Source: an uncultured virus (IMG/VR IMGVR_UViG_3300049791_000126) | Taxonomy: Duplodnaviria > Heunggongvirae > Uroviricota > Caudoviricetes | Virus record (IMG/VR): IMGVR_UViG_3300049791_000126 | DNA: 64,000 nucleotides | Strand: one strand, 5' to 3' | Shown: positions 11,332 through 21,547 of the stretch, piece after piece | Layout of the letters: every line of letters starts with the position of its first letter | Numbering within the stretch: position 1 is the first letter of the stretch | Position numbers and translations under genes: made by a program | The notes under the pieces: generated by a model | What the model saw: only the letters and a program-made list of their open reading frames with translations | Database searches by the model: none | What the model was told of the DNA's origin: nothing

Positions 11332-11368
11332 TCTCGACCAGAATGACCCGCGCGAGCCTGCGCCTGGA

Positions 11369-11914
11369 ATGATCGTCATCGGTGTCGCCCCCGGGTTGAA
11401 GGCGCTGACCTATTCAGTGCTCGAGATCCGCCCGAGCGCTCGTCCGACCGTCATCGACAAGGATGTGCTGCTCGGGCCGAAGCTCCCCGGGCGCGATGAC
11501 GAGATGGGGTTTCTCAAGGGTCTAGTAGAACTCGGCAAAAAGGCGTATGTCCATCACCTGATCATGGAAGTGGTGCTGGAACGAGCCCTAGTCCCGGTCG
11601 GGCATCGCATCGCGCGCCCCCGCGGCCTGCTCGTCATCGGCCCGGCGTGTAACCCGAAGGAGCCGCCCGAGCACGTCATGGCGGTGCGGGTGATGCTGCG
11701 CGCGCTCGCGGGCCAATTTGGGGCCCCGTCCGAGGACATGAATGAGTCGCAAATGCAGGAGCTCCTTGAGCCGACCCCGCGCGAGAGCTGGTTTCGGGTC
11801 GCCAACCGCACCATTGACGAGCCGCTCGACACGGACGACCGGAAGATCGTGCTCGCGGTCGCCGTCAGCCTCGCTGGCGCTCGGCGAGCTCACCGAGAGG
11901 GGAGGGCGCTGTGA
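11369..11914 (+). CDS. RuvC-like fold protein, probably catalytically inactive
   Basis: Starts MIVIGVAPG (RuvC has IGIDPG) and ends DDRKIVLAVAVSL (RuvC has DDxADALAIA); similar length. Confidence 0.5.
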   Translation: MIVIGVAPGLKALTYSVLEIRPSARPTVIDKDVLLGPKLPGRDDEMGFLKGLVELGKKAYVHHLIMEVVLERALVPVGHRIARPRGLLVIGPACNPKEPPEHVMAVRVMLRALAGQFGAPSEDMNESQMQELLEPTPRESWFRVANRTIDEPLDTDDRKIVLAVAVSLAGARRAHREGRAL

Positions 11915-12188
11915 CGGCCGACGAGGAGGCGTCCTTTCGACAGGCCGCCCGAGCCGCGCTCGAGACCGGTTGTGACGTGGTTATGGTTGGAACGGAAGAC
12001 GACGACGCGATGCCGCCCTTCACGGTGGCTCGGTTCGAGGGGCAGAATGCCGTCGCTATCGTGATCCCGCTCTCCTGGCATGAGACCGAAGGCATGGAAG
12101 AGCGCTGCCACGGGATCTTGCGGCAAGAGAGCAAGGCGCTAGCTGGCCAAGGGCTGGATTAGCCGACAAAACACACTGAACACTTTTA

Positions 12189-12791
12189 TTGTTTCACGTG
12201 CCACATAGGAAAACCTCGACGATGATTCAAATCGTAGCCATGACGATACTCAGCATCCTTGTTTTTGCGGGGATCCCGCTGACTTTTTGGCTCGGCCGCC
12301 GCCCGCTCCAGACAGCGCTCGCGAGCGAGCGTAATGAAGTCGGCGCCGCGAATAGCTTGGTCGAAGAGCTCACCCGGGCTCTTCAGAGCTCAAATGACTC
12401 GCGAGGCGAGTTCGAGCGCCAGGCGAAGAAAGCTGTCGCCGAAGAGCTCACCCAGGCGCGCTTCGCGGCCCAAGACTGGGAACGCCGCGCGACGGAGTAT
12501 CGCGACTCGATTGCAGGCATCCTCAAAGAGCGGGACGCCTGGAATCGCCTGTACGATGAGCAGTCGATCGCTCACGGCAATGCACAGGCCGTAATGATGG
12601 ACTCGATCGGCTACCTGGAACGAAAACTCAGAGATGCGGGTAGCCCGGTGATACTACCGAACGTGATCCGAGAGACGCAAGAACTGTACCGGGATCGGCA
12701 CATTGAGCCAGTTCTTCAGCGCACCGGGGGCAATTTAGTGGCGCCTCGTCTCAGTCAAGGCCAAACAATGTCCGACCAGGAACAAAAATGA
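12189..12791 (+). CDS. Membrane-anchored coiled-coil protein (start may be 12222)
   Basis: N-terminal TM followed by a heptad-rich helix. Confidence 0.7.
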   Translation: MFHVPHRKTSTMIQIVAMTILSILVFAGIPLTFWLGRRPLQTALASERNEVGAANSLVEELTRALQSSNDSRGEFERQAKKAVAEELTQARFAAQDWERRATEYRDSIAGILKERDAWNRLYDEQSIAHGNAQAVMMDSIGYLERKLRDAGSPVILPNVIRETQELYRDRHIEPVLQRTGGNLVAPRLSQGQTMSDQEQK

Positions 12792-13477
12792 CCGACGCTT
12801 TTAGCAAGTTCACGGCCCCGCGAGCGGATGAGGAGATCCATCAGGGGTCGGAAGTCCCGGTGACGTTCGGCATCGATCCGATCGACGGGCTCCCGGTACC
12901 GGCGATGCCGGACAATCAGGACCGGCCTCCGCCGCTCGCGGTCGACACGCTCGTGTGCATGGAGGACCGGCGGTCCTTCGTGATCCGCAATTCCGATGGG
13001 TCGGTGTGGGTGAGCTTCGAGCCGAGCGAGGTGCAGCGCCTGCCCAATGGTCAATATTTCGTGGAGCTAACCGTGCTCGAAGAGCATCGACCGGGGGTCA
13101 GTTTTGTGGTGCTCTCGGACAGGGGATTGCTACTGGAACGCGCGATCGATCACGTGATCCGCGTCGAGCCCATCCGTCCGATCTGCTGCCACTACCTCCG
13201 CATGCAGACCGACATCTCCGCTGACCGCGAGCGCCGTTACCTCACGCGCTCGTGCACGGCGCAGCGCTCCGAGACGGGCGAGTACTACTCGGTCGGGGAC
13301 GCGGCGATCTACGCCTGCAGCATGCGCATGCCGCGTCACGCCGAGACCGAGCAGATCTTGGAAGACTTTGACACGCTCAGCATGCAAAAGTCTCTCGAGC
13401 GCGCGGCAGCCAGTAGCTTCGATGTCGACGCCGAGCTTGCGGCTGAAGAGGGCCTCGGCGTGCTCGGTAGCAAGTAG
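12788..13477 (+). CDS. Hypothetical protein
   Basis: ATGA overlap; GC3-biased codons. Confidence 0.7.
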   Translation: MTDAFSKFTAPRADEEIHQGSEVPVTFGIDPIDGLPVPAMPDNQDRPPPLAVDTLVCMEDRRSFVIRNSDGSVWVSFEPSEVQRLPNGQYFVELTVLEEHRPGVSFVVLSDRGLLLERAIDHVIRVEPIRPICCHYLRMQTDISADRERRYLTRSCTAQRSETGEYYSVGDAAIYACSMRMPRHAETEQILEDFDTLSMQKSLERAAASSFDVDAELAAEEGLGVLGSK

Positions 13478-13508
13478 CCTCACCAAAAAAAAAGGAAAGC
13501 GATCCCCC

Positions 13509-14003
13509 ATGCCAGCAATCAAAGCAGTCCCTGCACAAGACAACGACGACGACGTGCTGAAGAGCATCCAGCTCCTGAAGGAGGATGCCAAGAGCGCCTA
13601 CGATTCGCTCGTGAAGAAGATCGCATCCGGCACGCTCGATCTCCCAGGCCTCGCCGCTGAGGTCAAAGAGATGGTGTCGCTCCAAGCCGACATCGCCGCG
13701 GCCCTCTTTCAGGCGACTTTCGAGAGCCTCGAGTGGGCAGCCGAAGTAGACGAAGACTTGGATGCTCTGAAGGAAGGGCTCGCCGGCACAACGATCTTGC
13801 CCGAGGACGCGCTGCGGTTGAAGAGCACGATCCTCTCTCTCGTCCAGAACCTGCGCGAGCCGACCGAGCCGGATGACGCAGCGCTCGCGGCGCTCAAGGC
13901 GCGCGCTGCTGAAGCGATTGCGTTCATCGACGAGTCGACCGAAGCGGGCGATGACGACGAGGAAGAAGAAGAGGAAGAAACCGAGACGCCCGAGAGCAAC
14001 TGA
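13509..14003 (+). CDS. Acidic helical hypothetical protein
   Basis: RBS AAAGGA; poly-D/E C-terminal tail. Confidence 0.75.
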   Translation: MPAIKAVPAQDNDDDVLKSIQLLKEDAKSAYDSLVKKIASGTLDLPGLAAEVKEMVSLQADIAAALFQATFESLEWAAEVDEDLDALKEGLAGTTILPEDALRLKSTILSLVQNLREPTEPDDAALAALKARAAEAIAFIDESTEAGDDDEEEEEEETETPESN

Positions 14004-16612
14004 TGCCGCCTCCGCCCACTGCTTCGAATCCGACGAACGAATCCGCTTCCGAGAAAAAGTCTCGGAAGCAGCGGCTCGTCCCGGATCTGTCTGATCAGAT
14101 CGAGGCCAGTGGGCAGCGCCTCACCCGCGTCATGCGCGTGTCGCGCGAGAACTCTCACGAGCTAGAGCCCGAGGCTCCGCCACCGAAGCTCACGCTCGAA
14201 GATATCGCGCGCAAGCACCTCGACCCGAAGCAGGCGCGCGTCATCGAAGAGAACGCCCATCTCCTCCGTGCACTTCAGGAGGCCAGCGACGAGCCCCAAG
14301 AGCCCTCCCACGCGCAAGCGATTGCTGAGCGGATGGAGCTGTTCACTGACGGCGCAGCGGTCGTGCCGCACCCCGAGCCCGACGCCGAAAAGCGCGAAGA
14401 GACGATGACGATGAGTCCGCTCGTCAGTCTCGACGACGCGCCGGACTTTCTTCTGGGCAAGGCTCCGCCGCAGACGATCCACGATTTGTTCAACCTGTTC
14501 CCGCAGCTCGATGGTGTGAACTGGTTCATCTACGTCCAGCGGATGCTCCCGAAGACCTACGGTGGCCGGAAGGTGGACGGGATGCTCCGTCAGATCTCCC
14601 GCCCGCTCACGCTGCCAGAATGGCAGTACTGGTATGGGGGCGGCACCTACAAGCTCATCGTGTACGGGCCGAGCAAACGCGCATCGGTCAACATGGCACT
14701 CGACGGCCGCGTGCAGCCCAAAGCGCTCACCGAAGCCATCACGGTCACGTTCCCTGGGGTTCCCAGTTTTGAAAGCGAAGTGTACGATGGAGACGACGAC
14801 ATGACACAAGGCGCCCCCCACGGTTTCCCGCCCTCATCGATCCCCATCCGTCGCGGGCCCGCCTCCATGGCGGACGCTCACATCGACAAGGCGCAGCTAG
14901 AAGTGACCGCGGCTCGTGAGATCCGGTCAGAGACCCGCGAAGAGAAGGAGCGCGCCAAGGCCGATCAGGCCTTGAAGGAAAAAGCTCAGACCGAGGCAAA
15001 CTTGATGCAGATGTTTATGACAGCGCAAAAAGACGCCGCTGCGCGCGAGGCCGCGCTCCGTGAGCAGATGATGAACCGTGAGCGTGAGATCGCCGATCAG
15101 CGTCTTGCTGACAAGGAAGAATTCGAAGAGCGCATGCGTTCCTTGGAGAGCCGTAAGCAGCCTGACGATCTGGATCGCGTCGCCAAGATCGCCGGCATCA
15201 TCGGGAAACCCGACAACTCGGAGGCCATCCGTGAGCAGCACGCGCGCGAGATCGAGCGCCTCCAAACTGCCGCTCGCGATGACGCCGCGCGCGCTGCGTC
15301 CCTCATCAAGGATGCCGAGGCGCGAGCCGATCTGCGGATTCGCGACGAGCAGGCGCGTTCGACCGAGCGGATTCGTGAAGTCGAAAAACGTTTCGAGACC
15401 CTCGAGCGAGATTTGCGGGATCGCACCGATCGCGAAGTCGCGCGGGCCAAAGAAGATGGCGAGCGCCGCGTGAGCGACATGCATCGCATCCACACCGATG
15501 CCATGGCCTCCGAAGCGCGTAACCACGTCCGTGATGTCGAGAGCCTCAAGGCTCAACATCAGATGGCGATGGACTCCCTCAAGAACACTTACGACATGCG
15601 CCTCGAGACGCAAAAATCGGAAGTGAAGCGGACAGCGCAGGATGTCGATCGCTGGAAGAAAGAAGCCGAGGAAAACAAAGATCCGCTCGGTCGCATCGAG
15701 AAGATCAAAGAGCAAGCAGAAGCCCTCGGCATGGTGCCAGCCGATCAGGCGGGTGCCGAGCCCCAGACCGTTCCCCAGATGCTGATGCAGATGGGTGGGG
15801 GCCTCGTGCAAAATCTCCCCGGCATCGTCCAGAACGTGGGTGAGCTATTCAAGACGCGAAATGCCCAAGAGCTCCAGGCCGCGCGCCTCGCGGGCCGTGC
15901 CGAGATGGTCGAGCAGGCTGGGCAATTCGGTGCCGATCGGCAACTGCCCCCCTCGCACGCGCGTCGGCGCGCGGCCCCACAGCTCGCCGCGGGGCCGGGC
16001 GCGGGTTACGTGCCGCGCCACATGTCGGAGGTCAACACGGCCCCCGTCGTGCAGCCGGGGATGGATCCCTACGCGATCCCCCCGCAGCCACAGTTTCAGC
16101 CGGCACAGGAGGTGCATGTCGATCACTCCCCGCAGGTTTTCGCGCCGGCCGTGTCACCGCAGATGCAGCCCCAACCCCAGATGCAACCGCTTGCTTCGGT
16201 CATGCCGATGCAGCAGCAACCACCGCCTCCGCCGCAATACGCGGCGCAGATCCCTCCTACGCTTGCCGCTCCGCCACCGAGCATCGCGCCTCCCGCGTCG
16301 GTCGCCCCGCCCGCGCCCCAATCGGCCGCCGAGCACCAGGCATTCGCCGAAGATCAGCAACTCCTGCAAGCCGAGCAAATGCTTGCGCCTCAGTACGCAG
16401 CTTCCGTGGCCGTGCCGATACTCGCCGAGCATTTGCTCACGCAATTCGGAGCAGAAGCCGTCACCGATCTCGTGAGCAAGGTGGACGCCGAGCGCGTGGT
16501 CCTCGCCATCACCCGATCGGGTCACCCCGACTCGCCCTTCCTCCGCCGAGACGGCAAAAAATACCTGCGCGCCCTATTCGACGAGCTGAAGAAGAAAGTC
16601 AGCGGCGCATGA
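14003..16612 (+). CDS. 869-aa coiled-coil protein with a Pro/Gln-rich linker
   Basis: Long central charged helical region and PQ-rich low-complexity C-terminal part. Confidence 0.85.
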   Translation: MPPPPTASNPTNESASEKKSRKQRLVPDLSDQIEASGQRLTRVMRVSRENSHELEPEAPPPKLTLEDIARKHLDPKQARVIEENAHLLRALQEASDEPQEPSHAQAIAERMELFTDGAAVVPHPEPDAEKREETMTMSPLVSLDDAPDFLLGKAPPQTIHDLFNLFPQLDGVNWFIYVQRMLPKTYGGRKVDGMLRQISRPLTLPEWQYWYGGGTYKLIVYGPSKRASVNMALDGRVQPKALTEAITVTFPGVPSFESEVYDGDDDMTQGAPHGFPPSSIPIRRGPASMADAHIDKAQLEVTAAREIRSETREEKERAKADQALKEKAQTEANLMQMFMTAQKDAAAREAALREQMMNREREIADQRLADKEEFEERMRSLESRKQPDDLDRVAKIAGIIGKPDNSEAIREQHAREIERLQTAARDDAARAASLIKDAEARADLRIRDEQARSTERIREVEKRFETLERDLRDRTDREVARAKEDGERRVSDMHRIHTDAMASEARNHVRDVESLKAQHQMAMDSLKNTYDMRLETQKSEVKRTAQDVDRWKKEAEENKDPLGRIEKIKEQAEALGMVPADQAGAEPQTVPQMLMQMGGGLVQNLPGIVQNVGELFKTRNAQELQAARLAGRAEMVEQAGQFGADRQLPPSHARRRAAPQLAAGPGAGYVPRHMSEVNTAPVVQPGMDPYAIPPQPQFQPAQEVHVDHSPQVFAPAVSPQMQPQPQMQPLASVMPMQQQPPPPPQYAAQIPPTLAAPPPSIAPPASVAPPAPQSAAEHQAFAEDQQLLQAEQMLAPQYAASVAVPILAEHLLTQFGAEAVTDLVSKVDAERVVLAITRSGHPDSPFLRRDGKKYLRALFDELKKKVSGA

Positions 16613-17245
16613 AAGATCTCTCCGTTCGGCGACCGAATGTTGCGCGTGGTGAGGGGGTAGTGATCCCTCACCTTCTGGAGATCCCGCGTCCAAGGTAACG
16701 ACCGGTGGGTTTTCGCCTTTCCCAGCCGGAAACGGGCCGACATGAAACAAAGGAACCCGAACGGAGAGACTTCTTTGGGTGATCTCGCCGCCGCCCTCTG
16801 GCGCGGCCTACCGCTGCTCTGGCAAGAAGAGCTCCGGCTCTTCGAGCTCTACGAGGCCCACGTGGGGCAAGAGCTCACCCGAGAGGGCCTCGAGCTGTGG
16901 ATGACGCGGGTGCAGGCAGGAGAGTGCCCGGTGGCAGGGAGCGCCTGCGACAAGCCGAGGGGGAGCCGTTTCTGCGCGCATCATCGCCCCGGCGCGTTGC
17001 CCGGGATGTAGGGTCACCAGTAGCGGAAGAGGATGTTTCTGGGGTAACGGTTCGGTAAGATCGGCTCGAACCCAGCGCGGAGTCGCGCGACGGCTTCACG
17101 CTCACGCGCTCGCCGTTGCCCGGAGGCGACGCGCTTTTCCGCCCGAAGCCCGATCCCTGGCCCATTGAACGGCACCCGACGCGGTGGTTTATGCGTGCGG
17201 CTCATGACCCGGAGGAGCTTAGCATCCTCCTCTCGACCCGAAAAG

Positions 17246-17275
17246 TTGCGAAGGATCCCATAGCCCGGGTAGGCT
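17246..17275 (+). promoter_or_regulatory. Putative promoter of the virion/protease operon
   Basis: TTGCGA-N18-TAGGCT; same -10 hexamer as the promoter at 27980. Confidence 0.5.
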
Positions 17276-17335
17276 TGTCCTCACAGACTGTTCGCGGCGT
17301 GTGAGCGATTCAGGCAGGTCTGCGTAGGCCGACCC

Positions 17336-17872
17336 ATGCCCGCACTCGCCATCGCCTCCACCTATCCGACCCAGATCGCGCCCTTTCATGGGCCAGAAGA
17401 CACGATCAAAATGATGGTGTCGATGACGGTCGGCCCGCGCGGTGAGCAGTCGACGCTCGTTCGGTCGCTCAAGGACCACATCATCCGGGACATCGCGCCT
17501 AAGGACTATTTCTCGGAAATCCTGGCCGTCCGTAACTTCGTCGCTGAAAAAGTCAAGTACTCGAACGACGCCTCCGCCGTCGAGCAGGTCCAAGATCCCG
17601 AGCGCATGTGCGAGGAAATCGTGCAGCGCGGCAAGGCCGTCGCCGATTGCGACGAAATCGCGCTCCTCATCGGCACCCTCTGCCGCCAGCTGGGGCGTGA
17701 CGTGACGTACGTGACCGTAGGCTTCGGGAGGCCGGGATCCTTTGCGCACGTGTTTGCGCGGGCCCTGGAGCCCAAAAGCAACAAGTGGATCATCGTCGAT
17801 CCGGTGGCGGGCACGGATGAAGCCTCGATGCTGAAGCGCGTCACCACCTACAAGATCTGGAGTATCGGATGA
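17336..17872 (+). CDS. Transglutaminase-like cysteine protease (candidate maturation protease)
   Basis: Catalytic triad motifs ADCDE (C), FAHVF (H), WIIVDP (D). Confidence 0.8.
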   Translation: MPALAIASTYPTQIAPFHGPEDTIKMMVSMTVGPRGEQSTLVRSLKDHIIRDIAPKDYFSEILAVRNFVAEKVKYSNDASAVEQVQDPERMCEEIVQRGKAVADCDEIALLIGTLCRQLGRDVTYVTVGFGRPGSFAHVFARALEPKSNKWIIVDPVAGTDEASMLKRVTTYKIWSIG

Positions 17873-18633
17873 GCTACGTCTTGTCGGGAAAGCTTGCTGG
17901 CATGGGCGATGCATCGGGCGTGTACGCTAGCCTGATGGTCGCCTATCAAAACGACCACGAGGCCTGGCTCAAGGAAAAAGCCGCCTATGATCGCGCAGTG
18001 CAGGGCTACGCTGCGCAATCGGCCGGCGCGTCCTCGAGTTACGCCGCCGCGATGGCCGCCTACAACGCCCAAAACGCCGCGCGCGCGGCGGCCCTCGTCG
18101 CCGTCAATCAGCAAAATGCCGCCAAGGCCAAGGCAAACTCCGCCGCGGTGGCTCAAGGCGTGGTGCTCCCAGCGGGCTATCCGGGCTGCATCTCGCAGGC
18201 CCAGCACAACGCCTGGCAGGCCGACTGCGCCCGCCTCTCTGCAACCGTCAAGGGACTCGGCGCCGACCCCGCGGGCTCCCCTTGCGCGCTCGCGTTGCTT
18301 GCTGTCTGCCCGCCCCCAATCAGCGTCCCGCCTTCGCTTGGCCCGCCTCCCGTCAAGCCCGCCATGCCTCCGCCGCCGCCGCTTCGCCCTGAGCCCAGGC
18401 CTCCGACGCCACCCCCCGCGAGCGTTCCGCCGCAATCCACGGGGCCGTTTTCGGTGCCGACTCCGGCACCTTCCATCCCCACAGCAAGCTCCATTCCCCA
18501 AGCGAGCACGCCCGCAACCGTCCCTGCATCGACCAAGAGCGCGGGACTCGTCAAAAACGGGCTCATCCTGGTCGTGATCGCGGGCGGCAGCTACGCCCTC
18601 TACCGCACCTTCAAGAAGCCGAAAGCATCCTAA
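17869..18633 (+). CDS. Tail-anchored Pro/Ala-rich putative virion membrane protein
   Basis: LAGMG and VKGLG motifs; C-terminal TM plus KKPK. Confidence 0.75.
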   Translation: MSYVLSGKLAGMGDASGVYASLMVAYQNDHEAWLKEKAAYDRAVQGYAAQSAGASSSYAAAMAAYNAQNAARAAALVAVNQQNAAKAKANSAAVAQGVVLPAGYPGCISQAQHNAWQADCARLSATVKGLGADPAGSPCALALLAVCPPPISVPPSLGPPPVKPAMPPPPPLRPEPRPPTPPPASVPPQSTGPFSVPTPAPSIPTASSIPQASTPATVPASTKSAGLVKNGLILVVIAGGSYALYRTFKKPKAS

Positions 18634-19005
18634 ATGGCAGCCTGCATCGACAACAAGGTTTGGAACGCCGCGAGAGCCGCCTGCGCCGCTCGCGCCGCAT
18701 CCGTCAAGGGACTCGGCTACGTGGAGATGGGCCGCGTCAACCTGCGCGCTCTTCGTGGCCTGGGCGATCTCAACATCAACACGGCCGCCGCAGACCCAAA
18801 CGATCCCTGTGTGATCGCGAGCCAGACGCCCTGCCCGGTGTTCTCGACGCCCATCCCCTACGTGCCTACAACTCCGGGCAACACCACCCCGACCACGACT
18901 GCATCGACTGTCACCGCGGGCGGGTTCAGCCGCTGGGGCCTGCTCGCGGCGCTCGCCGCTGGCGGCGCAGCGCTCTACTTCGCGACGAAGAAGAAATCGT
19001 CATAA
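18634..19005 (+). CDS. Tail-anchored putative virion membrane protein
   Basis: VKGLG and LRGLG; DPNDPC; TM plus KKK. Confidence 0.75.
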   Translation: MAACIDNKVWNAARAACAARAASVKGLGYVEMGRVNLRALRGLGDLNINTAAADPNDPCVIASQTPCPVFSTPIPYVPTTPGNTTPTTTASTVTAGGFSRWGLLAALAAGGAALYFATKKKSS

Positions 19006-19010
19006 CCCGA

Positions 19011-19508
19011 ATGAGTTATTCACCGGCCTTCCATCCTCGATCGATCGCGAGCCTCGGCGCTTCAGCGACGGGGTCGCTCTGCCCCCAGGGCTACAAGGTC
19101 TCGTGCTCGGATCCGAGCACCTGCACGTGCCTCGAATGCCTCGAGCCGAAGGCCTGGTCGGCCTCCCAGAAGGCCTGCAACGCGCAAGGCGGAAAGCCCA
19201 TCTCCACGGACCCGAGCGATCCCTGCACGCTCGCGGATGCGATCCTGACCGCGCCCGGGAAGATCTGCTTTCCTCCGTCGTCGGCTCCCTCGCAGTACCC
19301 GCCCGATCCGTGCCCCTCGGGCCAGACGCTCCTGAGTGAAAAGGTGCCCCGACAATCGACGACCGGCGCCTGGGGAACGGTATCAGTCAGCTACTGCGCC
19401 TCGTCGCTTTCCCCCGCGGTCGCGGCGCAGGCCTACCAGAGAAATTGGGGCCTCATCATTGGCCTCGGCGTCGCAGCAGTCGTTGTCTACAAAATCGCGA
19501 CTGGCTAA
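19011..19508 (+). CDS. Cys-rich tail-anchored protein
   Basis: ATG at 19011; DPSDPC; C-terminal TM. Confidence 0.7.
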   Translation: MSYSPAFHPRSIASLGASATGSLCPQGYKVSCSDPSTCTCLECLEPKAWSASQKACNAQGGKPISTDPSDPCTLADAILTAPGKICFPPSSAPSQYPPDPCPSGQTLLSEKVPRQSTTGAWGTVSVSYCASSLSPAVAAQAYQRNWGLIIGLGVAAVVVYKIATG

Positions 19509-19530
19509 AGAGCAAGAAGAAAAATCCCCC

Positions 19531-20241
19531 ATGCCGAATTACCCCCGCTACCCTGCGCAACCATACACGGGCGATCTACCGTCCATGGTCGCGGTCGGCC
19601 CGAGCGACACGCGTTACTCATCGGGCACGAGCGAGGCGTACAGCGCGCCCTTCGATCGTCGCTATGGCCGCCGCCTTGCCGGCACTGACATGGATGTGTC
19701 CGATGAGTCCTCCGATCCCGGCTGGGCATCGAACGAGCTCAACCTACTCGCCGAGATGGACGACATCCAATCGAACGGCGTCTTCGATCCCCCGGGCACC
19801 CACCCGAACGTGCACCCCGACGCGGGCGTCTTCGCCGCGCGCTATTCCCTACCGGGCTACCACGCTCGCGAGGTGCCCTTCAGCCTGACTGAGGTCGTGG
19901 ACGCGACGACCGGCCGCCGCGTCGTCGGCGTGCCGTCGGGCGCCGTGTCGCTCGATTCGGCAGCGCAGATCGCTTTCATCGAGCAGGGTCGCTACTCCAC
20001 TCCCGAGAACGTCGTGCGCTGGCAGGAAGCGGCTCCCATGCCGGGCGTCAACATCGCCGACTGGATGCAGAATCCCCAAGGCATCCGCCAAGGGATCCAC
20101 GGGCTAGGTAGTCGCGGAATGGGCGGCTACGGTGATGCGCCCGCGCCCGTCCCGACGAACACCGCCGCGACCGTCGGCAAAGTGCTGCTCGTGGGCGCTG
20201 CAGCCGGCGCCCTCTACGCGCTCTTCAAGAAGAAGAAATAA
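19531..20241 (+). CDS. Tail-anchored putative virion protein
   Basis: ATG at 19531 after an A-rich leader; IHGLG; TM plus KKKK. Confidence 0.75.
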   Translation: MPNYPRYPAQPYTGDLPSMVAVGPSDTRYSSGTSEAYSAPFDRRYGRRLAGTDMDVSDESSDPGWASNELNLLAEMDDIQSNGVFDPPGTHPNVHPDAGVFAARYSLPGYHAREVPFSLTEVVDATTGRRVVGVPSGAVSLDSAAQIAFIEQGRYSTPENVVRWQEAAPMPGVNIADWMQNPQGIRQGIHGLGSRGMGGYGDAPAPVPTNTAATVGKVLLVGAAAGALYALFKKKK

Positions 20242-20249
20242 AAAATCCC

Positions 20250-20816
20250 ATGTTTGATTATTCAGACGAAGAAGACGAGCAAAGCGTGACCGTAGCGTCG
20301 GGCCCTTCCCAGGGTCAGGAGCTACCGGTGCGCCACAGCGACATGGTGCAAGCCAACGCCGGCTATGGCAATGCGCCGTACAACGCTGCTTCGTACCCGC
20401 TGGCGCCACTCGGCCGCGGGATGGCGGGATCGCCCGACGGCATCGGCGCGTACTCGCGCCTCTACGGCATGCCCACTCCGGGAGCGACGCGCTCCGGCGT
20501 GCTCGGGAGCTTCTTCACGGGCTCGCCGCTCGTGAGCGGCATCCGCGCGGTCAGTGGCCTCGGCGATGACGCCGCGAGCGCCGCGAGCGCGACGACCGGC
20601 CAAGCTGTGCAGGCTGCGAGCGGCATCCTCGTTGCGGCCGTCGCGGTCGGCCTCGTGCTGACGGGCGTGGGCTCGTACTACGTCGGGAAAGCCGTCGCGC
20701 CGAGCCGCGACAAAGAGATGACCTACGCCTGGTGGGGCGTGGTCGCTGGTCTCGTGGGCGGTCCCATCGGTCTCGGCATCGAGTCGATGATCGCGCTCAA
20801 CCACAAGGGTCGGTAA
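20250..20816 (+). CDS. Membrane protein with two C-terminal TMs
   Basis: VSGLG; two hydrophobic helices. Confidence 0.75.
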   Translation: MFDYSDEEDEQSVTVASGPSQGQELPVRHSDMVQANAGYGNAPYNAASYPLAPLGRGMAGSPDGIGAYSRLYGMPTPGATRSGVLGSFFTGSPLVSGIRAVSGLGDDAASAASATTGQAVQAASGILVAAVAVGLVLTGVGSYYVGKAVAPSRDKEMTYAWWGVVAGLVGGPIGLGIESMIALNHKGR

Positions 20817-21544
20817 TGAAGAACCCCGGATACCCCGCTGGCGTCCCGACGCCCTACGTGGCGCACGTCAATCCGTACCCCACGCGCTTCCACGGCGGGC
20901 TCTGGGACAGGCCCGTCTTCGGCATGCCGCAGATCCAGCAACCGACCACCGTTTTCCTTCCACCGCGAGACATCGACATGATCCCCGACAAACCCTACTC
21001 AGGCCTCGGTAACGCGGGCAACAACCCGATCGACGCGGGGGAAGGGATCTTTCGCCCGGGCGGCTACGGCGGCGGCGTCTTCGACGGGAATCTCGCCGGC
21101 GCGCCGAGTCTCGGCCGCGCCCGTACGCTCGGCGATGCGACGAGCGACCAAGCCAACTACCCCTGGGGGAAATACAGCGCGCAGACGCTCGCCCTCCAGA
21201 ACAAGATCAACCAGAACCTCATCGCTGCCGGGCTCTGCCCGATCATCGCGGACGGCAAACTCGGTCCCGCGACGTGCGGCGGGTCCGTCATCGCAGGCCC
21301 CGCTGGACTGCAGGCGATGCCATCGACCTGTCAAGACGTGAAGACGGTGCAGGACGCGAGCAAAGGCTGCGGAACGGGACCCGCGGCGCCCAATACGAAG
21401 CCCATCCCGATGACGGCTTCGATGACGCCCGTGACGAGTTCGATGCCGATGGTGAGCTCGGGCACGAAGAAAGTCTTGGGCTTCGTGGGCGGCGGGCTCC
21501 TCGCCATCGGCGCCGTGTACTTCATCAAGAAACGACGAGGCTAA
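20816..21544 (+). CDS. Peptidoglycan-binding-domain tail-anchored protein
   Basis: ALQNKIN...ADGKLGPAT (PG_binding_1-like); YSGLG; TM plus KKRR. Confidence 0.75.
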   Translation: MKNPGYPAGVPTPYVAHVNPYPTRFHGGLWDRPVFGMPQIQQPTTVFLPPRDIDMIPDKPYSGLGNAGNNPIDAGEGIFRPGGYGGGVFDGNLAGAPSLGRARTLGDATSDQANYPWGKYSAQTLALQNKINQNLIAAGLCPIIADGKLGPATCGGSVIAGPAGLQAMPSTCQDVKTVQDASKGCGTGPAAPNTKPIPMTASMTPVTSSMPMVSSGTKKVLGFVGGGLLAIGAVYFIKKRRG

Positions 21545-21547
21545 GTC

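Noticed and set aside
11369..11914. Dead RuvC-like protein as the effector for the array
   Set aside because: Only 181 aa, resolvase-like, 40 kb away, and no room for a guide-binding lobe
14003..16612. 869-aa coiled-coil protein as a tape measure or SMC protein
   Set aside because: No tail genes nearby and no Walker motifs
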